NCBI RefSeq assembly: GCF_006345805.1
Contig: NC_042997.1
Span: 151,094,001-151,158,000 of the forward strand
Source of the DNA: Octopus sinensis
Taxonomy: Eukaryota
Length of the DNA stretch: 64,000 bases
Direction: 5' to 3'
Numbering within the stretch: position 1 is the stretch's first letter; every line of letters begins with the position of its first letter. The position numbers were made by a program, and so were the translations under genes. This document shows, piece by piece, positions 39,782-53,336 of this stretch. Below the pieces are notes generated by a model. That model had not been told where the DNA came from. It worked only from the letters and a program-made list of their open reading frames with translations, and did no database searches.

Positions 39782-42240
39782 TAGTCAAAGTTAAGGATAT
39801 AGTCATTACCTATGTTAAAATATTTGAAAGTTAGAATGGTTGCTGAACACTGATTTTTAGGCGCTATTTGCCCGGTGGCACGAGGAGTATTATATTACGC
39901 AGCGTTTTCTTTGATCGAAAGATAATGTAAATATGCCTATTGTAAATATACACGTTGATATATAAGTTTAATACTCTGATTGAGAGTCTGTAAAATGTCG
40001 TCTTATACAGTCATGTATTTAATAAGTGATACCAGCTACCTACCTGCTGCAGTAGACACGTAGCGTGCTTCTGCAGTTATTTAACTTTATATTAGCTCCG
40101 AATCAGGCGACCTATGACCGTTTCATCTCTTTTGAACAATGCCCATATGACAACGTTTATGAATGTGTCATATGACTTGCAATATCGTTAGGTAATATAT
40201 TAATGAGCTTCTCAGTGTAATAGCGGCCATACAGAATCGTCTTTATTGATTGACTTTTGTGTTGAAAGTCTGGTACAATATAATCTGAATTTGATCAGTT
40301 TAATATTTCTTGCCAGAAACATGATTTATAAAAATTCATGAATATATCGATGAGAAAGAAAAGTATTTCTGCGTGGTTGCTCTTTTAGAACTAGTACAAA
40401 ACTCACCCTCACATTACATCCACTTCCGTAAAAATAATTATGTATTCAATAGCGTAACTTTAGACATATTTTCCATGAAGATCGGATGAAATGGGGTTCT
40501 CACAACCAGACGAAACAAGCGGCTACAAACACATATTGCGTTTCGTCAAACGGAGAGAGAGAGAGAGAGAGAGAGAGCCAGAAGCAGAACAAAGACAAAG
40601 TATGAAAAAGAGATAATTACATAGATAAATATAAATTTTACATATTTATATATGAATTTCAAACATACATATTGTGTGCGCATGGTTGTGTGTGTATGTA
40701 TGTGTCTATGGGCGCGTGCGTGTGAGTGCGTGCATGTGTGTGAATAACACAAATTCTACAAAGAAACTGCTATTTGCTTTTTATATGTAATCGAAGCGAG
40801 GGAAGTTTGCCGAGAAAGACGCAACTTCAAACATATACAGAGGTTGTTCCGATCGAATCAATAATGAGAGTTTATTTAGTATCAACTTCACATCATCTTG
40901 TTTCTTTACATTTTTCAAAGCATTTGACAAGTTGATGGATACTGTGTTAAAAACAATAGGAAAGTGTATTTAAAAAACAGAAGAAATGTTGTGAAGTAAA
41001 ATATTCTATGTGATATAAGATATTGCCAGTAAAATGACGCTGTTCTTTTATCTTTGTTTTTACTTCAGAGGGGAGCTGACTAGATTTTATTACAACTTTC
41101 CAAAATATGAAAATATATATATAGGCCGAAACGGCTACATCAGATTGGCATGTATATACATTTCGACGACTTCAAAAGGATATCGTTCACTTATTTAACC
41201 CTTTCAAATATAAAGATTCAGTATGATTTATTTCATAGAACGTTCATATAGCAAAAGAAATAAGCTACAGAATGCTGAAGGAAAATAAAATATAACTTGT
41301 AATAAGTAATCCTTTATTGAAATATTAGGAGAGTAAATTTTATTCTTGTCGAGAATTATTATATACTTCACATGAATATACGTTCTATATGCAAATAAAA
41401 TTATTTTCTGCAATTTTTCATTATAGCATCATCCACATATATATGAAAACATATATATTCAATAATATATGAAAACTGTAAATGCTAGGTCAATATTTTT
41501 CTGAATTTTTTTTATAATTACCTTAAATTACCAGACTGAATTGGTGATATGTTTTCCCCTCAGCAGCTAACTGGGATTTAATGTTTTGATTTTAGAGACA
41601 CCAATCGTCAAAACACATTATTTGGGATTTTTAAATCTTATTTTCTACTTCCTAGCCTAAGGATAAATAGAAGGTCATGCTAGGCAACGTTATCGTAAAG
41701 AAATACATAAGGATTCTTGTCTAATTAAAATAAACCATAGTATTGGTTTTCTTGTATTAGATAGACGTTCCTTACTATAGTTTTTCAAGATCATTCCAAC
41801 TGGTGCAGTTGATGCCAGCCGTTTGCCTATCTCATAACCGCACAAGTCATGAGGAATAGTGACATACAACAGCCGGTTAAAAGTCATGGTTGATTCAAGT
41901 CACAATATTACGTTTCTACAAATATTTGACTTTATTTTTCCAATTGTTGAAATCAATATTAACTCAGATATTTATTTTACATCACCAAATATTTTATAGT
42001 TTGTGTTATTGTTTGGGTAAAGAATATCAGTGATATTGATTTAACAGTTCATTTTCACTCGGCACAATTTTAGGTTTTATATTGTATATTCAGAGTCAAA
42101 CTTATCGATCAATGTTATTTATATTATCACAACGAAGGAGTGCAAAGAATGCAAATTTGATCATAGAAGGATTTGAATATCGTAATAAATGATGAATCTT
42201 AATATTTCAATGATGAATCTTAATATTTCAAAGCATTTTC

Positions 42241-42450
42241 GAGGCAGCGTGCTGGCGATATCGTTAGCACGCCAGGTAAGTTGTTATAGCGGTATTTAAG
42301 TCCGTTTTCACATACTAAGTTCAAATTCCGCCAATTTTTGTCGGTTCAGGGTGGATAAAATAACTGTTATTTAGACTCTAGGGTCGATGTGATCGTCTTA
42401 CTCCTTCCTTTGAAATTGCTAGCCTTATACCAAAACTCGAAATCAATATT
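42241..42450 (+). mobile_element. Degenerate OK/OR-like SINE
   Basis: ggcagcgtgctggcgatatcgttagcacgcc...agttcaaattccgcc. Confidence 0.65.
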
Positions 42451-43076
42451 TCAAAACATTTATCACGTGTTATGTCCAAATCGGTCCGCTTCTCTGGTCA
42501 TGTGATCAAAACTATTTTCTAATGCATTTTAGGAAAATATAATGACTTTTTGTATTATTATTACTGAAATGTTTAAATTCTTAGTGGAAACATTCTCCCT
42601 TCTCATATATTCAGAACTGAATGAACATTATATTTCCTATATATTTATATGGAGGAACATGATTTAATACCAAATATATGCAATGTTAAAATGTTTCCTA
42701 ATATGTAGCACTAACATACATTGTACTAAGAGAATTCAATTATTGAGATACGACCCAGCAATTACAAACACACCTGAAATGCTCAACTTATCAAAAGCAA
42801 CAGCCAGGCATAAGCCCTAGCAAATGGATCACCAACTTCAAATAAACCACCAAAATCACAAAATGAACTGCTATGTCCTAAAAAATCTCTTCATCGCATA
42901 ATAAAAAATATTCATTCGGTGGTATTGAGTTCAACGACAGTTACATAGATCAAACGAATTAAACCGTGAGAAACACACTCAATATTAATTGGCAACATAT
43001 ACAATGTCTTAGTAGTAGAGTGAGTTTCTATGCACACACGCACACACACATATACATATATACCTGTAGACATACA

Positions 43077-43191
<115 letters not shown>

Positions 43192-43289
43192 TGTATGTAT
43201 GTATGTATGTATGTATGTATCTCTGCGTGTGTGTGTGTACAATAGCCTCGAGCCGACGAAAGCCTTGTGAGTGGATTTGATCATTGGAT

Positions 43290-43665
43290 CATACCTGTTT
43301 CTCCTTGCAGCTTGGCTCCTCTAACTTCTCTTCACTCTTCATGTTAAGAATTTATATACGGTGATCTCACACAAGGAAGGACTTCTTGCCCCCAAACACA
43401 TCCTAGACCTTCAACCTAAACCCCCAACCTGACACGTCCACACTTCTGGCCGAACTTGTTCACTTTCTCAACGGCTTCTAGTTCACGGGGGAGTTTCAAC
43501 ACCACGTCTCGGGACGGGCCATGGGAACGAGAATGGGCCCCATCTATGCGAGCCTGTTCGTTGGCTACGTTGCGGCCCAGATACATTCAAGATTCACTGG
43601 TCACTAGTGCATTGTTGCTACCTCGCTCTCCCGGGAACAATTAGACTTCTTCCTCTCTTTTGTCC
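43290..43665 (+). mobile_element. Penelope-like retroelement RT fragment (decayed)
   Basis: LLFTLHVKNLYTVISHKEGLLA and SGRAMGTRMGPIYASLFVGYV match the PLE RT D.KSLYT and G.AMG..MGP.YANLF motifs. The catalytic YxDD region appears deleted. Confidence 0.75.
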
Positions 43666-43899
43666 TCATAACTTAGTTGTTCAACCAAAGAGCCGATACA
43701 GTAAGTACGGAGCTTACAAAGAATAAGACTTGTAGACAACTTCTACGACTAAAACTCTATAAGGCGGTGCCCCACCTTGACCACAATAATACGAAAAGAA
43801 AAAGAACAAAATTATATATATACATACATACGCACACACACATATATATACATATTGAAGTATGTATGTATGTACGTATGTATGTAGGAGTGGGAGTGT

Positions 43900-44195
43900 G
43901 ACTCCGGGCTCAGTCCCACTTCGTGGCCTCGGGCCGGCAAAAGCTTTGTGAGTGGATTTGGTAAAAGGAAACTAAACGCCGTCCATCGTGTGTATATATA
44001 TTATATATATGGTGTGTGTGTGTGTGTGTCTGTGTGTGTGAGTGTGTGTATGTATGTATATATATGTCTGTGTGCCTGTGATTGTTTCCCATCCAGCATT
44101 GCTTGACAACGGGTGCTGGTATTTTTACGTCCTCGTAACTTAGCGGTTCGGCAAAAGATACGGATAGAATAAGCACTAGGCTTACAAAGAATATA
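43900..44195 (+). mobile_element. tRNA-derived SINE with internal (TA)/(TG) microsatellite; tail fragment at 43685-43790
   Basis: ccgggctcagtcccact...gtgagtggatttgg head, and cgtaacttagcggttcggcaaaag...cttacaaagaataa tail shared with 43685-43730. Confidence 0.7.
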
Positions 44196-44541
44196 ATATA
44201 TTGTTTGTGTCTATACATGTTATATTTATATATATGTACATATATATATATATTATATATAATATATATATATATATTATAATATATATATATATAATAT
44301 ATAAATAGATAGAGAGAGAGAGGGGGAGAGAGACGGAGAAAAGAGAAACAGAGAAACAGAGAGACAGAGATCTTCAAGTGTCATAGTGACACAAATGTGT
44401 GAATATAGCAATGTGTGCAATCAGACGTTACAGTGTTACAATTCTCTAACACGGGAGATTGTAAATTACTCAGAGCAAGGAAATGTGGAAGCGAAAGTGA
44501 AAGTCAGGGATAAGCGCTTGTGCCGATCTATATGGACATTA

Positions 44542-44596
<55 letters not shown>

Positions 44597-44655
44597 GTGT
44601 TGTGCGTGTTGTATGTGTGTGTGTGTGTCTCTCTCTCTCTCTCTATCTATCTATA

Positions 44656-44697
<42 letters not shown>

Positions 44698-45310
44698 CAT
44701 ATATTATATATTTATAAATACATACATATATATACATACACACACAGACCATATACACACATATGCGCAGTAACATGTGCACAACACAGCTGGAAAGTGA
44801 GGAAGTGGAAGAGTGCAAATTGGAAATGAGAGAGCTGTTGGATGATTAGCTTTTAAAAGAACTGGAAACTAGAAACCGATGAGTCCTTGGGTAATTTAAA
44901 ACCTGATTGAATTATCTGACACATGAAAGAATAAAGTAGTTTAATCTTCTGGGATTTGGTATTAACCAAATCAAGAAGTAAAATAAAACAAATAAACCAA
45001 AAAACGAATGTATTTCCCTTCATTATTAGAATTAAAGGGAATACATCACCTATGAAACATAATTAGAGAGTCGTTATCTTAATTGTAAAGATTGTTCAAT
45101 TTTCCCTCTTTTATTTTTACGTTATTTTAAAAATTTAAAGCACAAAATAAAAGAAATTGAATTTATAATTACTCATTGAAGGAAGGGCAATTTAAAAACC
45201 AATATGAAAATAACACAATTTATTTGGATTTATTTAGAATTTCTTGTCTCTTAATCTTTCTAATCATTGTAAACCTCTCTCAAACATTGTATACATATAT
45301 ATATAATATA

Positions 45311-45345
<35 letters not shown>

Positions 45346-45375
45346 ATATATATACTCCACTCACTCATACGCACA

Positions 45376-45418
<43 letters not shown>

Positions 45419-45444
45419 TGTGTGTGTATGTATATATATTATAT

Positions 45445-45516
<72 letters not shown>

Positions 45517-45795
45517 AATATATATGTATATATATATATATAAGGGTAATTATTTTACATTTTTTTAATATATCGATGGGAATGAGACAATACCAGGCAG
45601 GATTTGCTTTGGACATAGATTCAGTGTTTGTATAAGTTTATATATAAATATACATATACACAAAATTTTAATTCATATATACCTGTTTCAACCTGAAGCA
45701 CTGGTCATGCAGGGCAACCACCTTTAAAACGTAAACGTTATATATATATATATATATATATATATAATGTATGTATGTATGTATGTGTGTGTGTG

Positions 45796-45951
45796 TTTCT
45801 TTATTACCCACAAGGGGTTAAACATAGAGGGGACAAACAAGGACAGACAAACGGATTAAGACGATTACATCGACCCCAGTGCGTAACTGGTACTTAAGTT
45901 CTAGACCCCGAAAGGATGAAATGTAAAGTCGAGCTCGGCGGAACTTGAACT
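45796..45951 (-). mobile_element. 5'-truncated OK/OR-like SINE
   Basis: Reverse complement of 6147-6302. Confidence 0.8.
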
Positions 45952-46542
45952 ACTATATTTCTATATAGTAGTAACAACTATAGAATGTTGAGGTTTAAAC
46001 ATTAATATAGATTTTCGCGCTTGAACGTATGCAAAACAATATATGCGCAGTATTCTTAAACATTTTTCAAGTTTTTAGACTTATAAATATTTGCAGAATC
46101 AAGACTTATATAAATTAATATTTTATTTAAATATGTAAATAATGACCCTTTTATAACGTTTTACTCGCTGAACAGAATAGAGAAAATGCAGAAAATTGAA
46201 AGAATGAAAGCATATTAGAAACAAATAGCTAGAATGGATAGACGGCAAATGGAGAGGTATATATGAAGAGAAAAGAAACTTAATAGAATGACATGCAGAA
46301 TAGTGGGAGGAGAAAATGAAATGAAAACCGAAACGAATAAAGAAAGTAGCGTCTGGAAGAAATATGAAACTTTTATTGCATCGTAACAAGTACATCGTGA
46401 TGTACCCAGTAACGTGAATAGTGTATAAGAATGAAGACATAAAAAAGAGAATAGAGATGGAATTAGAAATGAAAAGTACTTGTAAGGAGGAGGAGTGCAA
46501 AAGGCTAAAATGTTACAATGACATTTGTAAGCGAGTAGTGGA

Positions 46543-46590
<48 letters not shown>

Positions 46591-47487
46591 AAATATATAT
46601 AGAGAGAAATAACGAATGTTAGAGGTGAAAGAAACTGAAAGTGAAAGTAGTGTTTAGATACGAAGTGTAATATGATTCCACGATATTTATATCATAACTA
46701 TAATATTTATTTTATCATTTTCAGATGCTCAGCAGTTGACATCTCCTTATCAATGTCTTTATGTTATCTCATAGTCCATCATCATGTCTAAGATAGTGAC
46801 ATATCTCAGCTGTCGACGTACATTTTATACTAAGACTTCATTTAAGATTTTCGAGGCATGATTTTTGCTTCCTTTTAATACCATAAAGAAATATTCTTCC
46901 AATGTCTATATAATATTGGACATCAATATCTAATTTCTTTTTGATAATCGAATACGCTGTCCATACAAATCCAGATCGTCTATATAGAAAAGATATGCAG
47001 AGTTTTTAAATTCAGATATCGACTTCTGTAAGCAACATGACTTTTGAGAAGGTATGACGAATTTAAAAAGAAATGTATGAAAAACCTGCAGAATGCCATT
47101 CTTGTATATATACTATAAGATGTAATTACTTTTTACTCAACTATATGTATTATAGTTTTATGACATGTCTTCCTTAGATGCTGAATAAAATTCGTTCATT
47201 GTTATGGGTATGCGGCTAATAATCCATATATGTAATAATCTATGAAACCAACGAACCATTGAAGAAACCTCAACCTGTCTACTCTATTTGTTAGAATTAG
47301 CAGTCAAATTTCCTTTAAATTTCATGCTACAGACTTCAATGTAGATAAAGATAATGGATAACGACATGTATTTAATATAATATGCCAGAAACGAAGCCAA
47401 GTTATGACTGCTGGAATGCTGGTCGAACGATAAATATGAAAGAGTCGTTGTTAACGGTCTAATCGTTTACCAATGCCTGTCTATCTA

Positions 47488-47530
<43 letters not shown>

Positions 47531-49422
47531 TTATTTATCTATCCATCTATTTACCTATCCATCTATTTATCGATCTATATGTATATCTATCAATCGATTT
47601 ATCTCTTTCTGTCTATTTATCTATCAATCAAATTTTATATCTATTTCTATATTTCTATATCCATAAACATTTCATATATGCTTAAACTTTTATATTCATA
47701 AGTTTTATATCCATGAACTTTAAAACTATTATATCCATAAGCCTATAAAAGAAACTTACACATCCCAATACCTCCTTTTTCTACACTATCTTTTATTATA
47801 ATTTATCTTGTTTATTTTATTTTATTTCATTTCATCTGCTTTTAACTTTCCTAATTCACCGACTCGCGGCGATATCCTGTTATCTTTCTACAGTCTAATA
47901 ACGTTGCCTGCAATATATCATAATATCATATATACACACATACACAGACACAGACACACATACACAGACACAGACACACATACTCACGCACACACACACA
48001 CACACACACAAACACACATACACACACACATACATATGGCAGAATATAAAGAACGAGAGCAACAATATAGCAACGCATGGACAATAATGTTATTAAGTTA
48101 ATACTTTAATAGGAAGTGAAATTGTTTTAATCTTTCGGAAGCTAGTCCCTTTAAAAAAAAAAAAAAAGAATTAAAAGAACTTTAAACATAGAGACAGTGA
48201 AATATACATATACTTGTGGAGAAAATAATGGGTGAATATTTAGAAATCAGATGGCAATCTTGTAGAAAAGAGTTAGAAGTTGCACAAAGGGTAGATGTTT
48301 GGATATATTTATGACTGTTCTTTGTGCCTTGAAGAGTGAACTAGTGTGGGGTGTGTGTATGGAAATATAGATTTATAGAGGTTGCTTATTTGGGGCGTGG
48401 GTGATGTGTGCGTCATCGTTAAGTGGATGATTAGAAAGCGTATACGCGACGAGAGTGGTTGAGAGTGTGGGAATATGGATGTTACTGAAACACATGGATT
48501 GCAGAGAAATGCGGTGGGTGTGATTGATATGCGTGCAAATGTATAAGTAAGTATATAAATGGGGGATGATAAGTTTTTAAATTAAGCTTTAACCATACAC
48601 ACGCACGAATACTTATATACATAACCACGTACATATACATCCACGTATATATCAGATGAAATTATGGGTGTACGCATATGAATCCCTCGCGTAAGTTGTA
48701 GATGGTTTTAGCCTGAGATTTAAAGACTCGGTTACGAACGTTCTGATAGGATTGGAAGTCCAATAACGGCTTACATTACTGAATAAAATTGTTATTTAAG
48801 GTATTCGGTGACACTCCATTACAAATTACGCATAGAAGCCACTCTATGGTCAGTTAATCATTTTTCCTTGGCAATACCTCGTAAATCACTACTAATGCTC
48901 GTACATATCAAGATAGCATATCTGAATTCGATGTACATGGTATATAATTCAACTTACGTAAAATGAGTAATTTATACAAAATAAAAGTGTGATAGTGTAA
49001 GAAAGAAAAGTGTATACAGGAAACCTACATGTAAGCAAACATTTGACTGCGAGAAGTAATGAATGATCGATATAGTGAATATTTAACTGCAACTATGTTA
49101 TTCAATAGATAAGCATGCTTAGGCGTTAGGCAAAATCTGTTTGATAATTTTATTTCTCTACTATACTGCACAAATGTTTCTTTGCTGTAGGAAGGGTTAA
49201 ATATATAGGTTATCATACTCAGAATTTCGAGATACTAATTGAATCGCATATACAAATTTTAAAAATATCGGATTAGAGGCAACACAAAATCGTTTTATAT
49301 TCAGAACACGGATTTTCTTTCTTATTCAAACTTTTGAAATGTTAACATCGATAATAAAGTGACGATTAAGATTAAGAATAATGGATGATATATATAATAT
49401 TATATATTTATATATATATACT

Positions 49423-50627
49423 ATTATATAAAAGGGCTTAGTAAAATAATTACTTTGCCGCATACTGAACTCATTAGAAATAGCAGCTAAAAAACTTTTT
49501 TTTAAGCTATTTTCTAATACTTAAAGAAAATCTCTCTCATATATAGTGTTTGCTTAATTCAACTCACAAAAGTTTGGGTAAGGACATCGAAAAATCAAAT
49601 GCTAAGGTTATTTGAGAACGTACGTTTCAAGATTAGTCAAAACAACACTTCTATCATCAGCTCAGAAATTCCTTGGTTTGGATTTGGAAACACTGAAATA
49701 AGAACATACCCTTTCGAAGATCTGCTCGTACTACAGTGCCAACAAATTCAAATAAGCAAGCGAAGAATCTCTGTTCTCCCTTTCCACCAGCGTGGGTTAA
49801 AATCATCAAACACTATGCTTATTTCGGTAAATCCGAAGCATTAATCAGAGGGAGATTAATTATAATTTCAACAATTGAGGGCAAAATTAATTAATTATTA
49901 TCAATTTCACCAAGTGTTCAGTATGCAAAGGGACCATTCAGGCGATTAATTATATGCGGCAAAGTAATTTATTTTACTAAGCCCTTTTATATAATGTAAT
50001 AATTTGAATTCGCCTGGAATGGTCCCTTTGCATACTGACACTTGGTGAAATTGATTAATAATTATTAATTTCCCGACCTCAATTGTTGAAATTATAATTA
50101 ATCTCCCTCGATTAATGCTTCGGATTTTACCGAAATAAGCATAGTGTTTGATGATTTTAACCCACGCTGGTTGAAAGGGGAGAACAGAGATTCTTCGCTT
50201 GCTTATTTGAATTTGTTGGCCTTTAGTTACGAGCAGATCTTCGACAGGTATGTTCTTATTTTCAGTGTTTCCAAATCCAACCAAGGAATTTCTGAGCTTG
50301 ATATAAGAGTTTGTTTTGACTAATCTTGAACGTACGTTCTCAAATAACCTTAGCATTTGATTTTTCGATGTCCTTACCCCCAAACTTTTGTGAGTTGAAT
50401 TAAGCAAACCTATATATGAGAGAGATTTTCTTTAAGTATTAGAATAGCTTTAAAAAAGTTTTTTAGCTGCTATTTCTAATGAGTTCAGTATGCGGCAAAG
50501 TAATTTAGTTTACTAAGCCCTTTTATATAATGTAATAATTTGAATTCGCCTTGAATGGTCCCTTGCATACTGAACACTTGGTGAAATTGATTAATAATTA
50601 ATTAATTTTGCCCTCAATTGTTGAAAT
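49423..50627. mobile_element. Hammerhead-bearing ~536-bp unit: one inverted copy plus ~1.25 permuted tandem copies
   Basis: 49423-49945 is reverse-complementary to ~50009-50531. tatgcggcaaag recurs at 49953 and 50489. Both flanks are (TA)n. Confidence 0.8.
49614..49663 (-). ncRNA. Minimal type-I hammerhead ribozyme motif
   Basis: GAG-CTGATGA-(imperfect stem II ...TCTT)-GAAAC(gtac)GTT-CTC with palindromic stem III AACGTACGTT. A damaged second copy lies at 50294-50341 (+). Confidence 0.65.
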
Positions 50628-51168
50628 ATATATATATATATATATATGCGTCAATCAATTCCCTTGCGTTCATGAGTATGTGAAATTGTGTAAGTATAAG
50701 GAAATACATATCTATCTATCGATATGTATTGTGAATATATAGAGTTAATGTACTACATTTTAGCACGACAAACGGAATCTTTCTCTCCATTCGTACCCAG
50801 CAGCTTAAACCTATGGTCACTAGCAACATGCTGTATTAAAACCCTGTGAAACGGCGTTTATGTAACGAGACACCCTATATATCAGCAGTTGGGGTGTCAT
50901 TGCTGCACCGAGGGAAGCATCAAAACTAGTTGTATAGTATCTCATCAGGGTGGGTTGAAAGGATCGTTGTGAGCAATGAAGCTTCTCATATATTCGAATT
51001 TCCGCCTCTGTCATTAATTATATACTCAACCAACACTGAGGAATTCCTGCTGTAAATCCAGCAACAATTGTGTAAACACTACCATTGACAGTGAACTTCC
51101 TTCAAAACTTGAAAAACCTTGAATAATTACTATATATATATATATTGTGTGTGTGTGTGTGTGTGTGT

Positions 51169-51462
51169 GGTGCAATGGCCCAGTGGTTAGGGTAGCAGAC
51201 TCGCGGTCGTAGGATCACGGTTTCGATTCCCAGACTGGGCATTTTGAGTGTTTATTGAGCTAAAACGCCTAAAGTTCCACGAGGTTCCTGCAGGGGGTGG
51301 TGGCGATCCCTGTTGTACTCTTTCGCCACAACTTTCTCTCACTCTTTCTTCTGTTGGCCTGCTCGCTTAGCCAGTGGGGTGGCGTCATTTGAAGGCGAAA
51401 ACAATGCGAAGCGCATTGTGACCAGCGATGTGTAGCAACATCTGATAGCCTGGTCGGCCACG

Positions 51463-51466
<4 letters not shown>
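51169..51466 (+). mobile_element. tRNA-derived SINE (fourth family)
   Basis: A box tggcccagtgg and B box ggtttcgattcc in a tRNA-like head, followed by a ~220-bp body between microsatellites. Confidence 0.75.
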
Positions 51467-51537
<71 letters not shown>

Positions 51538-51599
51538 GCACATGCAAATGGACTAATTACATTGTTGAATTAAAACTTTATATGCAGAAAAGTCAATCC

Positions 51600-53070
51600 A
51601 ACTTGTAAACAATATTCAAAGATTTTGCGTTTTACAACCTTCCGTGATTTAACAAAATGTGTGACTTTCTAACTAGAACTAATCTTCACTTCTTTTTTTG
51701 ACCTTTCGCGAATCTTACATGCATTTGATGCAATCAATGAAAACAGGCTCACACAAATGATATTTTGAAATAATACAATGACAAGCATTGTTTTTCCACA
51801 AAGATTTGGGGGCGTATCTATGGCTAAACATCAAAATGCTTCGAGCATTTTGCTTTACTATTGCAACTGAACAGGTTTACTTTTCTGAAAATCAGTAGAG
51901 CTTCCTTCCGATCACAATAATCTGACATTTCTTCCAAGCTTTAAGAATATTGCTTTATGATCCATTATTTTGATATCTTCGTGTCTCTAGCAACAATTCT
52001 CCATCAAACGATTTTGACAGCATTGCCAAATGAACCACAATTTCTTCATGCACAGTAAAATTTATGGGTAGAGCGCCATCAACTAACTGTTCCAGTGAAG
52101 AGAAATCTGAGAGAAGGTGCTGTTTCATTCTTTGATACACGAGAGGTATCTTTTCATGAAAGGCATTCCAATTTTTATGAGCCTTCAATATGTTTCGCAT
52201 TTTTAAAGAAAAAGAATACTCAGTTCACTCATAAATGTGTAAATGCTTCCCGTGTAAGGCAGCATTTTGAGTGAATACCTGTCATTCCAATACGTCGAAT
52301 AGGTAAAATTTAGACTCCTTCAGAAAAATATACTCAGGACCAAAACAGAATTAATATATTTCTTATTGTCAGCCAACAGATATGAAAAAGCCAAACCGTT
52401 CTCCGTTCTTAGGTCTTCATACAGTGATTTCAAAATGCTATGGTCCAACCCTCACCCCTCTACTCCAGATGGTTATCTACACGCATGAATCATTTATTAT
52501 TCTTGAAATTTGGAGACAATATTTTTTTATGATAAACCATGCTAATGAGAAAACAGCGGGTAATTTTCAAGTCTTGGATCTCATTTGTCATTATTGCAAC
52601 TAACCAAAATTTGTCTTTAAGCATTAAAGATGCCCCTTCAGTACACAAAAGATAAATGAGATTTATATCTAACTTAAGCTTGGTGACGAAGTCTTTCATC
52701 TGCTGCTTCATATACTATGTGATTTTGCTTGTTTTCAGATCGTCACAAGCAGCAAATATTTTTTCACTTTTATTATATCTCAGTATTATGATATGATGGT
52801 TACAACTGGAGGCTTCGATGGCTTCTCCAATTGAATATAGATTTTGGGGGGACAAATTTGATATTTCATTGAATTGGTGGAAAAAATCTTCACTTAAATC
52901 ACTGATACAGTTGTACATGGTATTTATTATTTGATAAAGATTTTCATTGAACGTTATTTATTTTTTTATCCGGGATAAGTATTTCTATTTCTCATGTGTG
53001 TAGATTGATGAAACATTCTGCATAATTATGGAACTGCTTAGATTTGACCAACTTGAATTCCAGTTAGAAG
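51600..53070 (-). mobile_element. Highly decayed hAT (Buster/Charlie-like) transposase remnant
   Basis: LCTEGASLM (cf. CTDGA.SM), EEIVVHLAMLSKSFDG and a C-terminal LCEPVF-like motif in collinear order. Confidence 0.55.
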
Positions 53071-53294
53071 GAAGTAACAAAACAGATATTTCTAAAGAGT
53101 ACAAAACAAAACCTGCATGATAAAAAGAGAATAAAAACAATTTTTTTTTTCATCTCCTATTTGTTATATTTTATATATTGAAGAATTAATCTACGAAATG
53201 GAAACTTTGACACATTCTATGTCCAGACAATTGAAAACATACAACTCAAGTGATATATTTTTTTTCAGGACAACAAACGGAAAATTTGACGTAC

Positions 53295-53336
<42 letters not shown>

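Noticed and set aside
47270-47430. Very old dispersed repeat fragments (also ~1250, ~40370, ~57500)
   Set aside because: Too diverged to define boundaries or family by eye.
50915-50952. CTGATGA on the minus strand (also ctgatgaaac at ~54665)
   Set aside because: No properly spaced stem II, GAAA and UH, so not a hammerhead.
51169-51242. tRNA-like sequence
   Set aside because: Imperfect cloverleaf that continues into a SINE body; treated as a SINE head.
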